Assembly (NCBI GenBank): GCA_965261085.1
Contig: OZ253442.1
Location: 2,022,920-2,086,919 of the forward strand
DNA: 64,000 nt
Source of the DNA: a bacterium
GTDB taxonomy: Bacteria > UBA8248
Reading direction: 5' to 3'
The position numbers were made by a program, and so were the translations under genes. The notes under the pieces are model-generated. The model was not told the origin of the DNA and searched no databases. It saw only the letters and a program-made list of their open reading frames with translations. Positions 63,048 through 64,000 of the stretch are shown here, in pieces. Numbering within the stretch: position 1 is the stretch's first letter; every line of letters starts with the position of its first letter.

Positions 63048-64000
63048 GTGATGAAACTCACCGGTAATAAAATCTTTTCATTCATGTGGGCGGCGGCCTT
63101 CGCGCTGACGCTGGCCGGCTGCGGCGGCGGCGGTGGTGGTGGTGCGTCGGACGATACCATGACGACACCGTCAGTACCCGACCAGGCGATCATGGCGGCG
63201 AAAGATGCGGCGGCGGAAGCTGCGGCAGAGGCTACGGCGGCGCTGAATGCAGCGAAGGAGGCCGTAGACGGCGCCAGTGCAGACCAGGATTATGACGCCG
63301 TGCACTACGCTCTCGCCACTACCGAACTGGGCAAGGCCAAGGATGCCAAGGCGGCTGCGGAGGCCGCACAGGCGGACGCCGAGATGTTCGCCAAGGCGGT
63401 TGCGGATGCCAAGAAGGCTGCGCCTCCGGCTTCTTCGGATCAGGCCGAGTTTGAAGCAAGGCTGGCCCTGGCGGATGCCAAGACTGCAACGGCGAGCGCC
63501 GTAGCGGCGGCGGGTGCGGCCGTGACGGCGACGAAGGCGGCTGCGAGAGCGGCGGCGGCTGCGGTGACCAAGGCGACGGCGGCAAGGACGAATGCCGCTG
63601 GAGCCGAGGCCGCGAAGAAGGCGGCGGATCAAGCGGCGAAGGACGCGGCGGCCGCCAAGAAGACGGCGGATGCGGCGAAGGCCGCCGTAGCGAAACTCAA
63701 TGATGACGGCATCGGCACCAGGAAGGGTGCTGCGGACCTCGAGTCGGCTGCGGACACTGCTGCGGGCAATGCAGCCACCGCCATGAGGAAGGCGAATGAA
63801 GCCAAGGCGGCTGCCGAAAAGGCGCGGGACGATGCCATGGCTGCGGCTAACACGCACGTTCTGGGCTTGTTCAAGGCGGCGAATGGAGACGATATTACAT
63901 TTGTCGGCAGTGAAGATGATGCGGATATCGCCTCTGCTCTCGGAAGAGCGAAATCCGCTCGGAGAAAGGCCGTTATCGAAGCAATCGGAACAGCGGCGGA
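63048..64000 (+). CDS. Lipoprotein with Ala/Lys-rich region (partial, runs off the window)
   Basis: My manual translation found no stop from GTG-ATG at 63048/63051 to the window end. The product begins MMKLTGNKIFSFMWAAAFALTLAGCGGGGGGG. Its 5' UTR and signal peptide are nearly identical at DNA level to 60153..60275. Confidence 0.7.
   Translation, partial: MMKLTGNKIFSFMWAAAFALTLAGCGGGGGGGASDDTMTTPSVPDQAIMAAKDAAAEAAAEATAALNAAKEAVDGASADQDYDAVHYALATTELGKAKDAKAAAEAAQADAEMFAKAVADAKKAAPPASSDQAEFEARLALADAKTATASAVAAAGAAVTATKAAARAAAAAVTKATAARTNAAGAEAAKKAADQAAKDAAAAKKTADAAKAAVAKLNDDGIGTRKGAADLESAADTAAGNAATAMRKANEAKAAAEKARDDAMAAANTHVLGLFKAANGDDITFVGSEDDADIASALGRAKSARRKAVIEAIGTAA

Overview
GC-rich bacterial chromosomal segment, probably from an uncultured lineage. 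It is densely coding and mostly metabolic. I call about 55 CDS. They include aroA, tenA, tag and yajD. There is an organic-acid catabolic block: citrate synthase, Aquifex-type aconitase, PrpF, a 2-hydroxyacid dehydrogenase, VOC proteins, a TAXI-TRAP transporter, Qor, a family III CoA-transferase and hydrolases. There is a duplicated block of MBL hydrolases, acyl-CoA synthetases and TSUP exporters. There is an N-heterocycle/carbamoyl block: AtzD/barbiturase-family amidohydrolase, BMP-type ABC transporter, cyclase, FdrA, DUF1116, LivJHM and carbamate kinase. Four EamA transporters are also present. I recognised no rRNA, tRNA, CRISPR array or intact transposase. The accessory signals are: (1) an AT-rich two-gene island beside VapBC, encoding a TIR-domain protein with an unrecognised C-terminal domain that is translationally coupled to a 52-aa zinc-ribbon protein, a candidate uncharacterised defence or toxin module; (2) three lipoproteins, two confirmed with a TbpB/fHbp-like C-terminal barrel signature (the third is truncated by the window edge). 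Two of them share a near-identical 5' UTR and signal-peptide module, and one sits behind a ~800 nt leader built of 3.5 tandem repeats with alternative pairing onto the Shine-Dalgarno region; (3) two gene cassettes bracketed by long direct repeats (95 bp and ~280 bp), the latter next to an integrase remnant and carrying an inositol-phosphate synthase-methyltransferase fusion; (4) an AT-rich PD-(D/E)XK-like gene wedged between paralogous synthetases; (5) several dispersed intergenic repeat families, composite inverted repeats around a 5 kb segment, and a nested 190 bp palindrome. All functional calls rest on motifs I recognised by eye. No database search was run.
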